Assembly (NCBI GenBank): GCA_017539825.1
Contig: JAFYCG010000313.1
Span: 1-41,801 of the forward strand
DNA length: 41,801 bases
Direction of reading: 5' to 3'
Source: Solobacterium sp.
GTDB taxonomy: Bacteria > Bacillota_I > Bacilli_A > Erysipelotrichales > Erysipelotrichaceae
A program made the translations under genes and the position numbers. Below the pieces are notes generated by a model, which saw nothing but the letters and a program-made list of their open reading frames with translations, searched no databases and was not told the DNA's origin. Below are positions 29,633 to 38,247 of this stretch, in pieces (within the stretch, counting starts at the first letter, position 1; every line of letters starts with the position of its first letter).

Positions 29633-30604
29633 ATGTACGATGTAAAAAAGACAATCAGCGAAATTTTAGCAAACAAAGAAATCACAAATGTTAGTTTCAC
29701 AGGATGCGGCGGCTCTCTTGCATGTTTCTATGCACCTTACTACTACATCACACGTGAATCAAAGAAGCTGTCAACAAATTACGGTAATGCCAACGAGTTC
29801 AGTCATGATACACCTGCAAATGTCGGCGAAAACTCTATCGTAGTTTGCGCATCACGCAGAGGAAATACTCCTCAGACTGTAGAGGCTGCCAAAAAGGCAA
29901 AAGAACTCGGCGCAACAGTCATCGCATTGCAGCTTGAAGAGGGTACACCTCTTGAGGAAGTTGCTGATTACACAATTCAGTTTAAGGATACAGGTGCAAA
30001 CGGAGCACTGTATGAAGAAAGTAAGAGCGCATATGCCCTGGCAATTGCTTACGAAGCAGTTCATCAGCTTGAAGGAAACGATGCAGCATATGAAGCTATG
30101 GTAAATGCTATGGCAAAGATGAATGAAATTGTTCCTGCTGCAAAAGTAGCGGTTGTTCCGGAAGCAGTTAAATTCTCCGTTGACTACAACAAAGATGACA
30201 TCATTTATACAATGGGTACGGGCACAGCATGGGCAGCAGCACAGCAGCAGACAATCTGCATCTTTATGGAAATGCAGTGGATCAATTCTTCTGTCATTCA
30301 TTGCGATGAATTCTTCAACGGACCGTTTGAAATCACAGAAAAAGATACTGCATACCTCTTGTTAAAGAGCACAGGCAAGACAAGGGCTGTCGATGAAAGA
30401 GCAATTGCTTTCCTGAATAAGTTCAATGCACATACAACCATTATTGATGGTTTTGACTACGGCATGCAGGAACTCGGTGAAGTATCCGCATATTTCGATC
30501 ACAGCTTCTACAGTGAAATCCTCGGTGTCTACAATAATCTGCTTGCAGACCGTAGACAGCATCCGCTTTCCTGGAGAAAGTACATGTGGAAATTTAACTA
30601 CTAA
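29633..30604 (+). CDS. SIS-domain fructosamine-6-phosphate deglycase-like protein (FrlB/GfrF/FraB family)
   Basis: Motifs GCGGS, SRRGNTPQT, ICIFMEMQWINS and EFFNGPFEI, with C-terminal HPLSWRKYMWK. Confidence 0.88.
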   Translation: MYDVKKTISEILANKEITNVSFTGCGGSLACFYAPYYYITRESKKLSTNYGNANEFSHDTPANVGENSIVVCASRRGNTPQTVEAAKKAKELGATVIALQLEEGTPLEEVADYTIQFKDTGANGALYEESKSAYALAIAYEAVHQLEGNDAAYEAMVNAMAKMNEIVPAAKVAVVPEAVKFSVDYNKDDIIYTMGTGTAWAAAQQQTICIFMEMQWINSSVIHCDEFFNGPFEITEKDTAYLLLKSTGKTRAVDERAIAFLNKFNAHTTIIDGFDYGMQELGEVSAYFDHSFYSEILGVYNNLLADRRQHPLSWRKYMWKFNY

Positions 30605-30627
30605 TCAGATATTTACATAACATTTAT

Positions 30628-30666
30628 AAACAGCCTGTATGCACAAAATGTGTGTGCAGGCTGTTT
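30628..30666 (+). terminator. Long intra-operon stem-loop
   Basis: AAACAGCCTGTATGCACA-AAA-TGTGTGTGCAGGCTGTTT with only a short T tail. Confidence 0.6.
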
Positions 30667-30684
30667 CCATAAAGCAAAAGGAGA

Positions 30685-32055
30685 ATGTGGAATATGAGAA
30701 GACATAATGAAATTGATCGCAGAATCCTCAGGATCTTAATACCGGTAATCATGGAAAATGCGTTATTGACTTTGTCAACGATGATCTTAACCGGATACAT
30801 TGGCAGGCTGTCCATTACAGAGATAAATTCCTATGGTATCGGTAAAAGAATTTACGGAATCTATTATTCAATTTTTAAAGGACTTGCGGTAGGCGTTATG
30901 ATTTCTGTTGCGAAAAGGTTCGGCATGGGAGATACAAAAAAATGTGCAAGGATCCAGCAGGAAAGCTATCTGATGATTTTTCCCTTGGCTGTTCTTTTTG
31001 CGATATTTGCGATCGTTTTTGCAAATCCATTGTTGGGAATGATGACAAAAGAACAGGGTTTATTGCATGAAGGAGTTGTTTTCTTAAGACAGACAGCTGT
31101 CTTTTATCCTTTGTTGGCAATTATTCATCTGAATGCTTCAGCATTTCAGGCAAACGGAAATACAAAAACACCGATGGTGATTGCAGGTATTGGGAATCTT
31201 GTAACCATTATTCTCGGATATATTTTGATTTTCGGTTACGGTCCGTTACCGGCTCTAGGAATCACGGGTGCTGCATGGGGACAGAATATTTCCTTTGTGG
31301 TCATGGCGGCAACCGGTTTATATCTGCTGTATGGACAACATGGCATGTTTGCCCATGAAGAAAAATCCTTTTTGAAACTTCCTTCTGCAAAAGATGCAAA
31401 AGAAATCTTTGCGACAGGAATTCCTGCTTCTTTGGAAGATTCCTTCTGGCAAATGGCAACTGTGTTAATCAGCAGCGTTATCCTGTCTTACGGTCAGGAA
31501 TACTATGCGGCATATCAGCTAGGATTGGAAGGTGAAGGTTTTTGCAATATGATGTCAGCCGGTTTTATGACAGCAGCGATGTCATTATCATCCAATGCAA
31601 TCGGTGCCGGCAACCGTGATGAGTTTGACAGGTGTTTCCACAGGCTGCACCACTATTGCCTCATTATCTCTGCGATAACTATGTTGTTTCTCACTTTCCT
31701 TTCCGGTCCGATTTTGTCCTTGATGACGGATAAGCCGGCTTTGATCGCCATTGCCACAAGCTATCTTTATGCAATGATTTTTTCGCAATATCCCCAGCAC
31801 ATGAAACAGATTGTTTCCGGATATATCAGGGCAACAGGGCATACACGTACATCCATGTTTATCAATCTGATCGGTTTGTGGATCGTTCGTGTACCATGTG
31901 TTCTGCTCTTCGGCAAAATAATGCATTTGAATATTGTATGGCTGTGGTGGGCTTTCAATTTCGACCAGTGGATCAGATTGATTCTTTCGGTTATATATCT
32001 AAAACATTTTCATATCATGAATTTTATTAAAAGAAAACAGATGAGGTGTGCATGA
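30685..32055 (+). CDS. MATE family transporter
   Basis: Motifs GNTKTPM...LIFGYGPLPALGITGAAW, GIPAS and IRATGHT; about 12 TM segments. Confidence 0.9.
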   Translation: MWNMRRHNEIDRRILRILIPVIMENALLTLSTMILTGYIGRLSITEINSYGIGKRIYGIYYSIFKGLAVGVMISVAKRFGMGDTKKCARIQQESYLMIFPLAVLFAIFAIVFANPLLGMMTKEQGLLHEGVVFLRQTAVFYPLLAIIHLNASAFQANGNTKTPMVIAGIGNLVTIILGYILIFGYGPLPALGITGAAWGQNISFVVMAATGLYLLYGQHGMFAHEEKSFLKLPSAKDAKEIFATGIPASLEDSFWQMATVLISSVILSYGQEYYAAYQLGLEGEGFCNMMSAGFMTAAMSLSSNAIGAGNRDEFDRCFHRLHHYCLIISAITMLFLTFLSGPILSLMTDKPALIAIATSYLYAMIFSQYPQHMKQIVSGYIRATGHTRTSMFINLIGLWIVRVPCVLLFGKIMHLNIVWLWWAFNFDQWIRLILSVIYLKHFHIMNFIKRKQMRCA

Positions 32056-32726
32056 AGAATATAAAAATGGTGGTTTTTGACGTAGATGGAACTTTATTGA
32101 ATACGGAATTTCTCTGGGGAGAAGTTTGGGATATTGTCGGGAAAAAGTATAACTGTCCTGCTTTCTGTACAGCACATGATCTTGTTGTGGGAATTACCGG
32201 TAATGACCTGAGGAGGGTGCTGGATGAAAAATTGTCGATGGTAACTGTTGAACAGCGTGAAAAAATGCTGAATGAAGCGAGGCATATCGGCAGGAATTAT
32301 CTGAAGGAACACCTCAGAAAGATGCCTTTTGTGGATGATATTATTGAAGATCTGGAAAGACAGGGTTATCCGTTGTGCGTTGCTACAACGACAGATAGGG
32401 AAATGACCTTGCAAAGACTCTCACAGACAAACCTGTTACATCATTTTTCTCATTTGATCTGCGGTGATGAAGTCAGCAGAAGAAAACCGGATGCACAGAT
32501 ATATCTGAAAATTTGTGCACAGGCGGACGTATCTCCGAATGAAACACTTGTGATCGAGGATACGGGTTTTGGGGTTGAGGCAGCATATCGTGCGGGATGT
32601 GACTGTATTATGGTGCCTTCTGTCAGAGAACCATCTGAAAGAGAAAGAAAGCTGGCTTTTGCGGTAGTTAAAGATCTCGGTGAAGCAAGGGAACTGATTC
32701 AACAGGCATTCAGAAAGGCGGCGTAA
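32052..32726 (+). CDS. HAD-family phosphatase (beta-PGM/CbbY-like)
   Basis: Motifs FDVDGTL, ATTT, KPD and IEDT. ATGA overlap with the MATE gene. Confidence 0.9.
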   Translation: MKNIKMVVFDVDGTLLNTEFLWGEVWDIVGKKYNCPAFCTAHDLVVGITGNDLRRVLDEKLSMVTVEQREKMLNEARHIGRNYLKEHLRKMPFVDDIIEDLERQGYPLCVATTTDREMTLQRLSQTNLLHHFSHLICGDEVSRRKPDAQIYLKICAQADVSPNETLVIEDTGFGVEAAYRAGCDCIMVPSVREPSERERKLAFAVVKDLGEARELIQQAFRKAA

Positions 32727-32727
32727 T

Positions 32728-33774
32728 ATGGATCTGATGTATCAATACATTTGTGAATCGGCGGAAACATTACGGGATATACAAAATAAAAAAGAAACCA
32801 TTTTTTGTGATTTTCACCGAAAATGCAACAATGTGAAACCGGATCAGGTGATTTTGCTCGGGTCAGGGACTTCGTACAATGCAGCTGTTACAGCCAGGGA
32901 TGCAATACAGACAATTCTGCAGGTGCCGGTTTATGTATATTATCCCGGTGAGTTTACGGATCATATTTCATTGTTTTCAAACAAAGGAATGGCGATTGGC
33001 ATTTCTCAGGCCGGAAGGAGTTCTTCAACAATTGAAGCGCTTCAGAAAGCCGGGGCAGCCGGGCTGACAACAATTTGCATAACTGCAGACGGCAATGCAC
33101 CGATTGTTGAAAACTGTGATATATGCATACCGCTGCTCATCGGTGAAGAAAATGTCGGACCTAAGACGAAAGGTTTCTTTGGGTCGGTTGCAGAAATCAT
33201 ATTACTTGCATTGGAAGTAGCAAGATTGCCATCTTCCGCAACGGAAGAAAGAATGTTTTCTGTTACGGATCAAATAAAGGATATTGCCGAAAAGGCATAT
33301 GACTGGTACCGGAAGATAAAGAATAAAGTGATTGATTCCACAAGAATTATTGTTCTTGGCTATGAAGCATGTACCGGAGCAGTGCAGGAAGGGGCTTTGA
33401 AACTTCTGGAAGGAATGGAGTGTTCTGTCAGCGGATATGAAATGGAGGAATTCATGCATGGTATTTATCATGCGATAGATGAGAATACGTATATTTTTGC
33501 TTTGGGAATGCCCGGCAGACATCGCGATAGATTGTACAGGCTTTTACGATATCTGCAGGAAAGAAAAAAAGCACATATATTTGTTATTTCAGACAGTCAG
33601 ACAGAATTTGAGACATTTGTTTATCCATTTAAAAATGACAGCCTGTTTTCAACAATGGAGTATATAGTTCCCCTGCAGGTGCTGGCAAGAAAACTGTCTT
33701 TTGATCAAGGGAAAGACTGTTGTGTTTCATCAGATCCTGATTTCCACAAAATCATGGAAAGCTACAGGTATTGA
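32728..33774 (+). CDS. Second SIS-domain protein (GfrE/AgaS/GlmS-isomerase-like)
   Basis: Motifs GSGTSYNA, ISQAGRS, GPKTKG and EGALKLLE...EEFMHG. Confidence 0.88.
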   Translation: MDLMYQYICESAETLRDIQNKKETIFCDFHRKCNNVKPDQVILLGSGTSYNAAVTARDAIQTILQVPVYVYYPGEFTDHISLFSNKGMAIGISQAGRSSSTIEALQKAGAAGLTTICITADGNAPIVENCDICIPLLIGEENVGPKTKGFFGSVAEIILLALEVARLPSSATEERMFSVTDQIKDIAEKAYDWYRKIKNKVIDSTRIIVLGYEACTGAVQEGALKLLEGMECSVSGYEMEEFMHGIYHAIDENTYIFALGMPGRHRDRLYRLLRYLQERKKAHIFVISDSQTEFETFVYPFKNDSLFSTMEYIVPLQVLARKLSFDQGKDCCVSSDPDFHKIMESYRY

Positions 33775-33775
33775 T

Positions 33776-34717
33776 ATGTTGCATATATGTGGAATTAATG
33801 TGCCTGACGGAAACAAAAAGCATTGTCATTCGGGACCGGTTGATTATCCGATACCTTGTATTTTCATTGCCGGAAAAGAAAAAGGGAAAACGATCTTGAT
33901 AACAGCTCAGATTCACAGTGGAGAATATCCGGGAACACCGGCGGCGATCCGCATTGCCGATCAGATTGACCCGGAGAAGTTGAAGGGAAATCTGATTATT
34001 TTCCCGTGTGTAAATATCAGCGGTTTTCTGTCAAATTCCAATGCCTATATTCCTGAAGATCATGGAAATCTGAATGGAATCTATCCGGGTGATTCCGAAT
34101 CTCTTTCGGGAAGAATTGCACAGTTCTTTATCAGCGAAATATTTCCTCATGTGGATTATGTTCTGGATTTACACAGCGGTGGTAATGCAGAACCTTTGAC
34201 CCCATGCCTGTTTTATCCGAAGGAAACCGAACAGGAAAGTCTTTCTGTAGCCGGAAAGCTGACCATTCCCTATCTGATTCCGACGTATTCTTTGAAAAGT
34301 GAAACAGGTTATGCCGGTAATGTATTGAAAATACCTTCGCTTCTTTTGGAAAGAGGGTATTGTAACTATTGTAAAGAAGAGTGGATCAAAGCATTTGAAA
34401 AAGATATCCGTCTTTGTTTGAAAGTATTAGACATGTATTTTGATGATGAAGATGAGCATGTGCCAAAAATCCTTGTCCGGAAAATGATTTATTTGGTTGC
34501 TGAGGAAGATGGCCTTTGGTTTCCGGATATATGCGAAAATGAATTCGTAAATAAAGGGGCGGTATTGGGGCATACAGAAGATTATTTCGGTAATATGCTG
34601 CATGAATATACCGCTGAGGAAGATGGTATTGTTATGTATTACAGGTGTGGATTGAATGCGGTGAAGGGACATTCCCTGGTCGCTTATGCTGTAGTAAATG
34701 AAATGGTGAATTTATGA
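33776..34717 (+). CDS. Succinylglutamate desuccinylase/aspartoacylase (M14-like) family Zn hydrolase
   Basis: Motifs HSGEYPG, DLHSGG and LLLERG, with a C-terminal barrel-sandwich-like tail (AEEDGLW...AEEDGIV). ATG 33776 follows the upstream stop directly. Confidence 0.85.
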   Translation: MLHICGINVPDGNKKHCHSGPVDYPIPCIFIAGKEKGKTILITAQIHSGEYPGTPAAIRIADQIDPEKLKGNLIIFPCVNISGFLSNSNAYIPEDHGNLNGIYPGDSESLSGRIAQFFISEIFPHVDYVLDLHSGGNAEPLTPCLFYPKETEQESLSVAGKLTIPYLIPTYSLKSETGYAGNVLKIPSLLLERGYCNYCKEEWIKAFEKDIRLCLKVLDMYFDDEDEHVPKILVRKMIYLVAEEDGLWFPDICENEFVNKGAVLGHTEDYFGNMLHEYTAEEDGIVMYYRCGLNAVKGHSLVAYAVVNEMVNL

Positions 34718-35268
34718 TAAAAGCAGTAAGTATTCTTCTGGTTGTGTTTGCGGCTTTCATGTTTTACGGTCAGTTCATGCAATCCAGAAAGGCTGCAAGA
34801 GTCAGCAATCAACTGATTGCGTTTCTCATGGAGGGTCAATACGATGCATTTGAAAAAATGATTCATGAGGAAGATATGTATTTGTCAGATTACTCTTTGT
34901 GCTATATGCAGTTTTTAAAGGAAATACTGCAGGATAACAGGAAAAAAGCGGATATTTTATTTGATCAAATGGATGGCATCCGTTCTTCAGATAAACAGAA
35001 GGCAGCTTTTTATGCAAAAGCAATGCCGTACTATTTGTCTTATTCGGATAAAGAAAGATGCAGGCATTGTTATGAAAAGATCATGTCGTTGAAAGGAAAT
35101 AAAGATCTGAAGAAAAACAGCGGAAGGTTTTACAGGATTTTTATGGAGAACGACATCAGTGATAAAGAAGATCTTATCAGGGAATTGAAAACGGCAGACG
35201 GAGAAGAAAAACAGATCGTACAAAAAATGCTGAAAAGGATTGAAACCATAGAGAAGAATCATGAATGA
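34714..35268 (+). CDS. Hypothetical protein, N-terminal membrane anchor, helical/TPR-like
   Basis: ATGA overlap with the upstream gene and a hydrophobic N-terminus. Confidence 0.7.
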   Translation: MIKAVSILLVVFAAFMFYGQFMQSRKAARVSNQLIAFLMEGQYDAFEKMIHEEDMYLSDYSLCYMQFLKEILQDNRKKADILFDQMDGIRSSDKQKAAFYAKAMPYYLSYSDKERCRHCYEKIMSLKGNKDLKKNSGRFYRIFMENDISDKEDLIRELKTADGEEKQIVQKMLKRIETIEKNHE

Positions 35269-35333
35269 TGTAATGCAGGTTTCTCTTCCTGACATCAAAT
35301 ATGTAAAAATTAAAAGAATTAAAGATCAGAAAT

Positions 35334-35368
35334 AAGAAAGGATAATCGCAAAGATTATCCTATTTTTT
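35334..35368 (+). repeat. Right 35-bp direct repeat (bidirectional terminator hairpin)
   Basis: Identical to 23314-23348. Contains the MYG1 stop codon. Confidence 0.95.
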
Positions 35369-36334
35369 CTTCATTGCAATTTCTGCCATTTTGAAGGCAT
35401 CTGCCTCTGTTTCCGTACCGGCAAGAAATCCGGAAGCATGACAGAAGATGGCTGTTTCCACACCGGAAACCTTCTGTAATTCCTCATAGCGCAAGCCATA
35501 CCATTCCTGAGGAAGCGGGTGGCGATAAACTGTCCTGTCTTTGGAATCCACTAATGCACACTGGATGTTCCATCCTCCCCGCAATGCAGGGGAGATGACA
35601 TACCAGATATCCTGTGCTTTGGGATAATTATGCATACTGTAGAGAATGCCTTCCCATGGGGCAAACTGTTCCAGAAACATGATATGGTTGGATGAAAAAT
35701 CGATATTTCTCATAATATAATCTCTTCCATCCAGACCGGAGATAATACTGTCAATACGGTTTAATAACACATCTTTGGCAAAACCAACTGCATCCATGAA
35801 GGCATCATAATAATCCATTTCCGAATTCCATGGCGGATTAAAATCTTTAATCACCTGGGAAACGGTAAAGCTTGTTTTGGAGGCAAAGGAAATCTGCTGT
35901 TTCTGTGTGTCGGGAACATTCGGAATAATGGAAAGAATTTCATTGATGGCAGAATATGCATTATCCTCTGCATCAATTCCCTGAATCAAAGATGTATCCA
36001 GTCTTTGAAATACAGATTCCATGTACCTTTCCGGACAATCCAGTTCTGTCAAAATATCCTTATAATATTTCTTCCATACCAGACCGCATGCAGCATAGGG
36101 AATATTCGTGCCCGGGTGTGTGCCGTTATTTTCCTTGTTTTCCGGTGTATGGTGATCGAGTTCTCCGCCGCCTATGTCAAAAATAATCCATTTGTCTTTG
36201 TCTTCGGGAATGTCCAGATCACTTCCTCTTACAACGTTGATTTCCTCTGCCATAAAGGAAAGCAATGCTGTTGCGAAAACGTCATCGGCATGAAAGATGC
36301 CGTCATGTGTATACAGATTCAGCTTATCGTACAT
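35360..36334 (-). CDS. MYG1 family (UPF0160) metal-dependent hydrolase/exonuclease
   Basis: Motifs THDGIFHADD, DIGGGELDHH, YAACGLVW, GIDAEDN and FCHASGF. Confidence 0.92.
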   Translation of the reverse strand: MYDKLNLYTHDGIFHADDVFATALLSFMAEEINVVRGSDLDIPEDKDKWIIFDIGGGELDHHTPENKENNGTHPGTNIPYAACGLVWKKYYKDILTELDCPERYMESVFQRLDTSLIQGIDAEDNAYSAINEILSIIPNVPDTQKQQISFASKTSFTVSQVIKDFNPPWNSEMDYYDAFMDAVGFAKDVLLNRIDSIISGLDGRDYIMRNIDFSSNHIMFLEQFAPWEGILYSMHNYPKAQDIWYVISPALRGGWNIQCALVDSKDRTVYRHPLPQEWYGLRYEELQKVSGVETAIFCHASGFLAGTETEADAFKMAEIAMKKK

Positions 36335-36408
36335 AGTTCATCCTCATTTCGTGAACTATTATACAATCTTTCGTTGCGAAAAAGAATTCTTTCCTATATG
36401 ATTGTGGA

Positions 36409-37095
36409 ATGATGGAGATATTTGTTGGCGGAAAACAAAGAACTGTCTGGATTGAATATAAACGTAACAGAAATTTATATCTGCGGGTAATGGAAGACGG
36501 AAATCTGCATGTGACATGTCCGCGAAGATTTACGCAGAAAGAGATTCGTGCTTTTATTCTTGAAAAGGAAGACTGGATCATAAAGACAGAGACAAAACAG
36601 GAAAAAAAGCAGGAAACAACTTCCTATGGTCTGGATGGTGAGAACATCATGTGGCTTGGGAAATGGTATTCCGTGCGATATGAAACCGCAAGGAAAAGCT
36701 TTCTGATGATTGAAGAAGATGAAATTGTTTTCTATCTCAAAGAGAATACGAAAGAGGAGATCTTTAAAACATTTTATAAAGATGCCGCAAAACAGATCCT
36801 GGAGATGGTCAAGGCAAGAAGAGAAGAATGGGACAAAAAAATCTGTATCGCAAACGGAAAACCTTTACCGAAAATCACGGTAAAATATATGACAAGCAGA
36901 TGGGGCTCCTGTACACCGGCACATCAGTCTATCAGCATTTCATCGCGATTGATTCATTATCCTTCACAATGTCTGGATTATGTCCTGTTGCATGAATATG
37001 CACATATACTGCAATTGAATCATTCCAAGGCATTCTGGGATATAGTTGAATACTATATGCCGGATTATAAAATATATAAGAAGCTATTAAAATAA
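36409..37095 (+). CDS. YgjP/DUF45 (M48/SprT-like) metal-dependent hydrolase
   Basis: Motifs MTSRWGSC, DYVLLHEYAH and NHSKAFW. Confidence 0.9.
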   Translation: MMEIFVGGKQRTVWIEYKRNRNLYLRVMEDGNLHVTCPRRFTQKEIRAFILEKEDWIIKTETKQEKKQETTSYGLDGENIMWLGKWYSVRYETARKSFLMIEEDEIVFYLKENTKEEIFKTFYKDAAKQILEMVKARREEWDKKICIANGKPLPKITVKYMTSRWGSCTPAHQSISISSRLIHYPSQCLDYVLLHEYAHILQLNHSKAFWDIVEYYMPDYKIYKKLLK

Positions 37096-37106
37096 GGAGA
37101 AGATGT

Positions 37107-37958
37107 ATGAATATGGAATCAATATTGGATATCGGAAGCACGGTGTTTGACGGGGGACTGGTATTCTTCCTCATCCATGCCACAGTGATGCTGGTGTTTG
37201 CCCATGTTTTAACGAAGATAGCCGGCAAAGCAGCAAACAGGGCAGTCAGAAAAGAAAACAGCCGCACAACATTCTCCTATATTGAAAAGATTGTCAGGGC
37301 GATAGTTTACATTATTGCGGTTTTATCCATTCTGGATAAAGTCAAGTTTCTTGACGGTGTCGGATCAACACTGTTAGGCGCAACAGGAATCATTACCGTG
37401 ATCGTCGGTCTTGCAGCACAGGAAACCTTCGGGAATTTTATTGCCGGTTTCTTTTTGGCACTGTATCAGCCCTTCCAGGTTGGCGATGTTGTTTCCCTTC
37501 CGGAAAAGAATGTGGCGGGAACGGTAAAAGAGATCACCTTCCGTCATACCGTGATCAAAACACTTGAAAACTTCGAAATCATCATCCCTAACAGTGTCAT
37601 GAATACTGCGATTATTGAAGACAGGCAATACGGACAGGATATCTATTGCAAATTCATCACTTTGGCTGTCAGTTATGATACGGATATTCCTTTGATGAAA
37701 AAGACGATCCTGGAAGTGATTGCAGAGCAGGAGAAATTTATCGATATCCGTACGGAAGAAGAGCTGAATGATGATCTTGTGGTGATCCGTATCGATGATT
37801 TCCTGGACAGTGGTTTAAAAGTATTCTTCCCGGTACGGGCAAGAACGTTAAAAGATGTATTCATCCTGGCTTCAGATGTCAGAATCGGTGTATTAGAGGC
37901 ATTCAGAAACAACGGAATTGAAATACCTTACAATAAAATTGAGATTGTAAATCGATGA
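37107..37958 (+). CDS. mscS: Small-conductance mechanosensitive channel
   Basis: Motifs GLAAQETFGNFIAG, PFQVGD, GTVKEI and IIIPNS. Confidence 0.9.
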   Translation: MNMESILDIGSTVFDGGLVFFLIHATVMLVFAHVLTKIAGKAANRAVRKENSRTTFSYIEKIVRAIVYIIAVLSILDKVKFLDGVGSTLLGATGIITVIVGLAAQETFGNFIAGFFLALYQPFQVGDVVSLPEKNVAGTVKEITFRHTVIKTLENFEIIIPNSVMNTAIIEDRQYGQDIYCKFITLAVSYDTDIPLMKKTILEVIAEQEKFIDIRTEEELNDDLVVIRIDDFLDSGLKVFFPVRARTLKDVFILASDVRIGVLEAFRNNGIEIPYNKIEIVNR

Positions 37959-38019
37959 AAACATTTTCATAAACAGATGATTTTTTTCAAAATTTTCAAA
38001 GACTTTCACAGAATTTCTA

Positions 38020-38047
38020 TTGAAGATTTATCGGATTTTAGTAAAAT
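38020..38047 (+). promoter_or_regulatory. SigA-type promoter
   Basis: TTGAAG-N16-TAAAAT. Confidence 0.55.
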
Positions 38048-38089
38048 GGATGTAGTAAGATTTAGCAAATGAGATTGGAGACGGTAATA

Positions 38090-38173
38090 ATGGCTTTACT
38101 TGGACTTGTTTTATCAGTTAAAAATAGAAAAGAGAATGCTGTTTTCAATGTGTTTTGCTTAAATTTGAAGTGA
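38090..38173 (+). CDS. Candidate 27-aa leader peptide MALLGLVLSVKNRKENAVFNVFCLNLK
   Basis: GGAG RBS 9 nt upstream of ATG 38090. Lies between the promoter and a terminator. Confidence 0.4.
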   Translation: MALLGLVLSVKNRKENAVFNVFCLNLK

Positions 38174-38180
38174 TTTTTTT

Positions 38181-38207
38181 GATGGATGCTTTATGTCCAT
38201 CTTTTTT
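38181..38207 (+). terminator. Terminator in the leader of the ankyrin/EF-G genes
   Basis: GATGGAT-GCTTTAT-GTCCATC followed by TTTTTT. Confidence 0.6.
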
Positions 38208-38247
38208 ATCGAAAATATCTAATCCGAGCAAAAAGGAGGATACACAC

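Larger units (their letters stand above)
23314..35368. mobile_element. Direct-repeat-bounded 12-kb carbohydrate-utilisation island (no integrase)
   Basis: Perfect 35-bp direct repeats 12,020 bp apart enclose exactly the GntR-to-last-operon-gene block. Confidence 0.6.
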
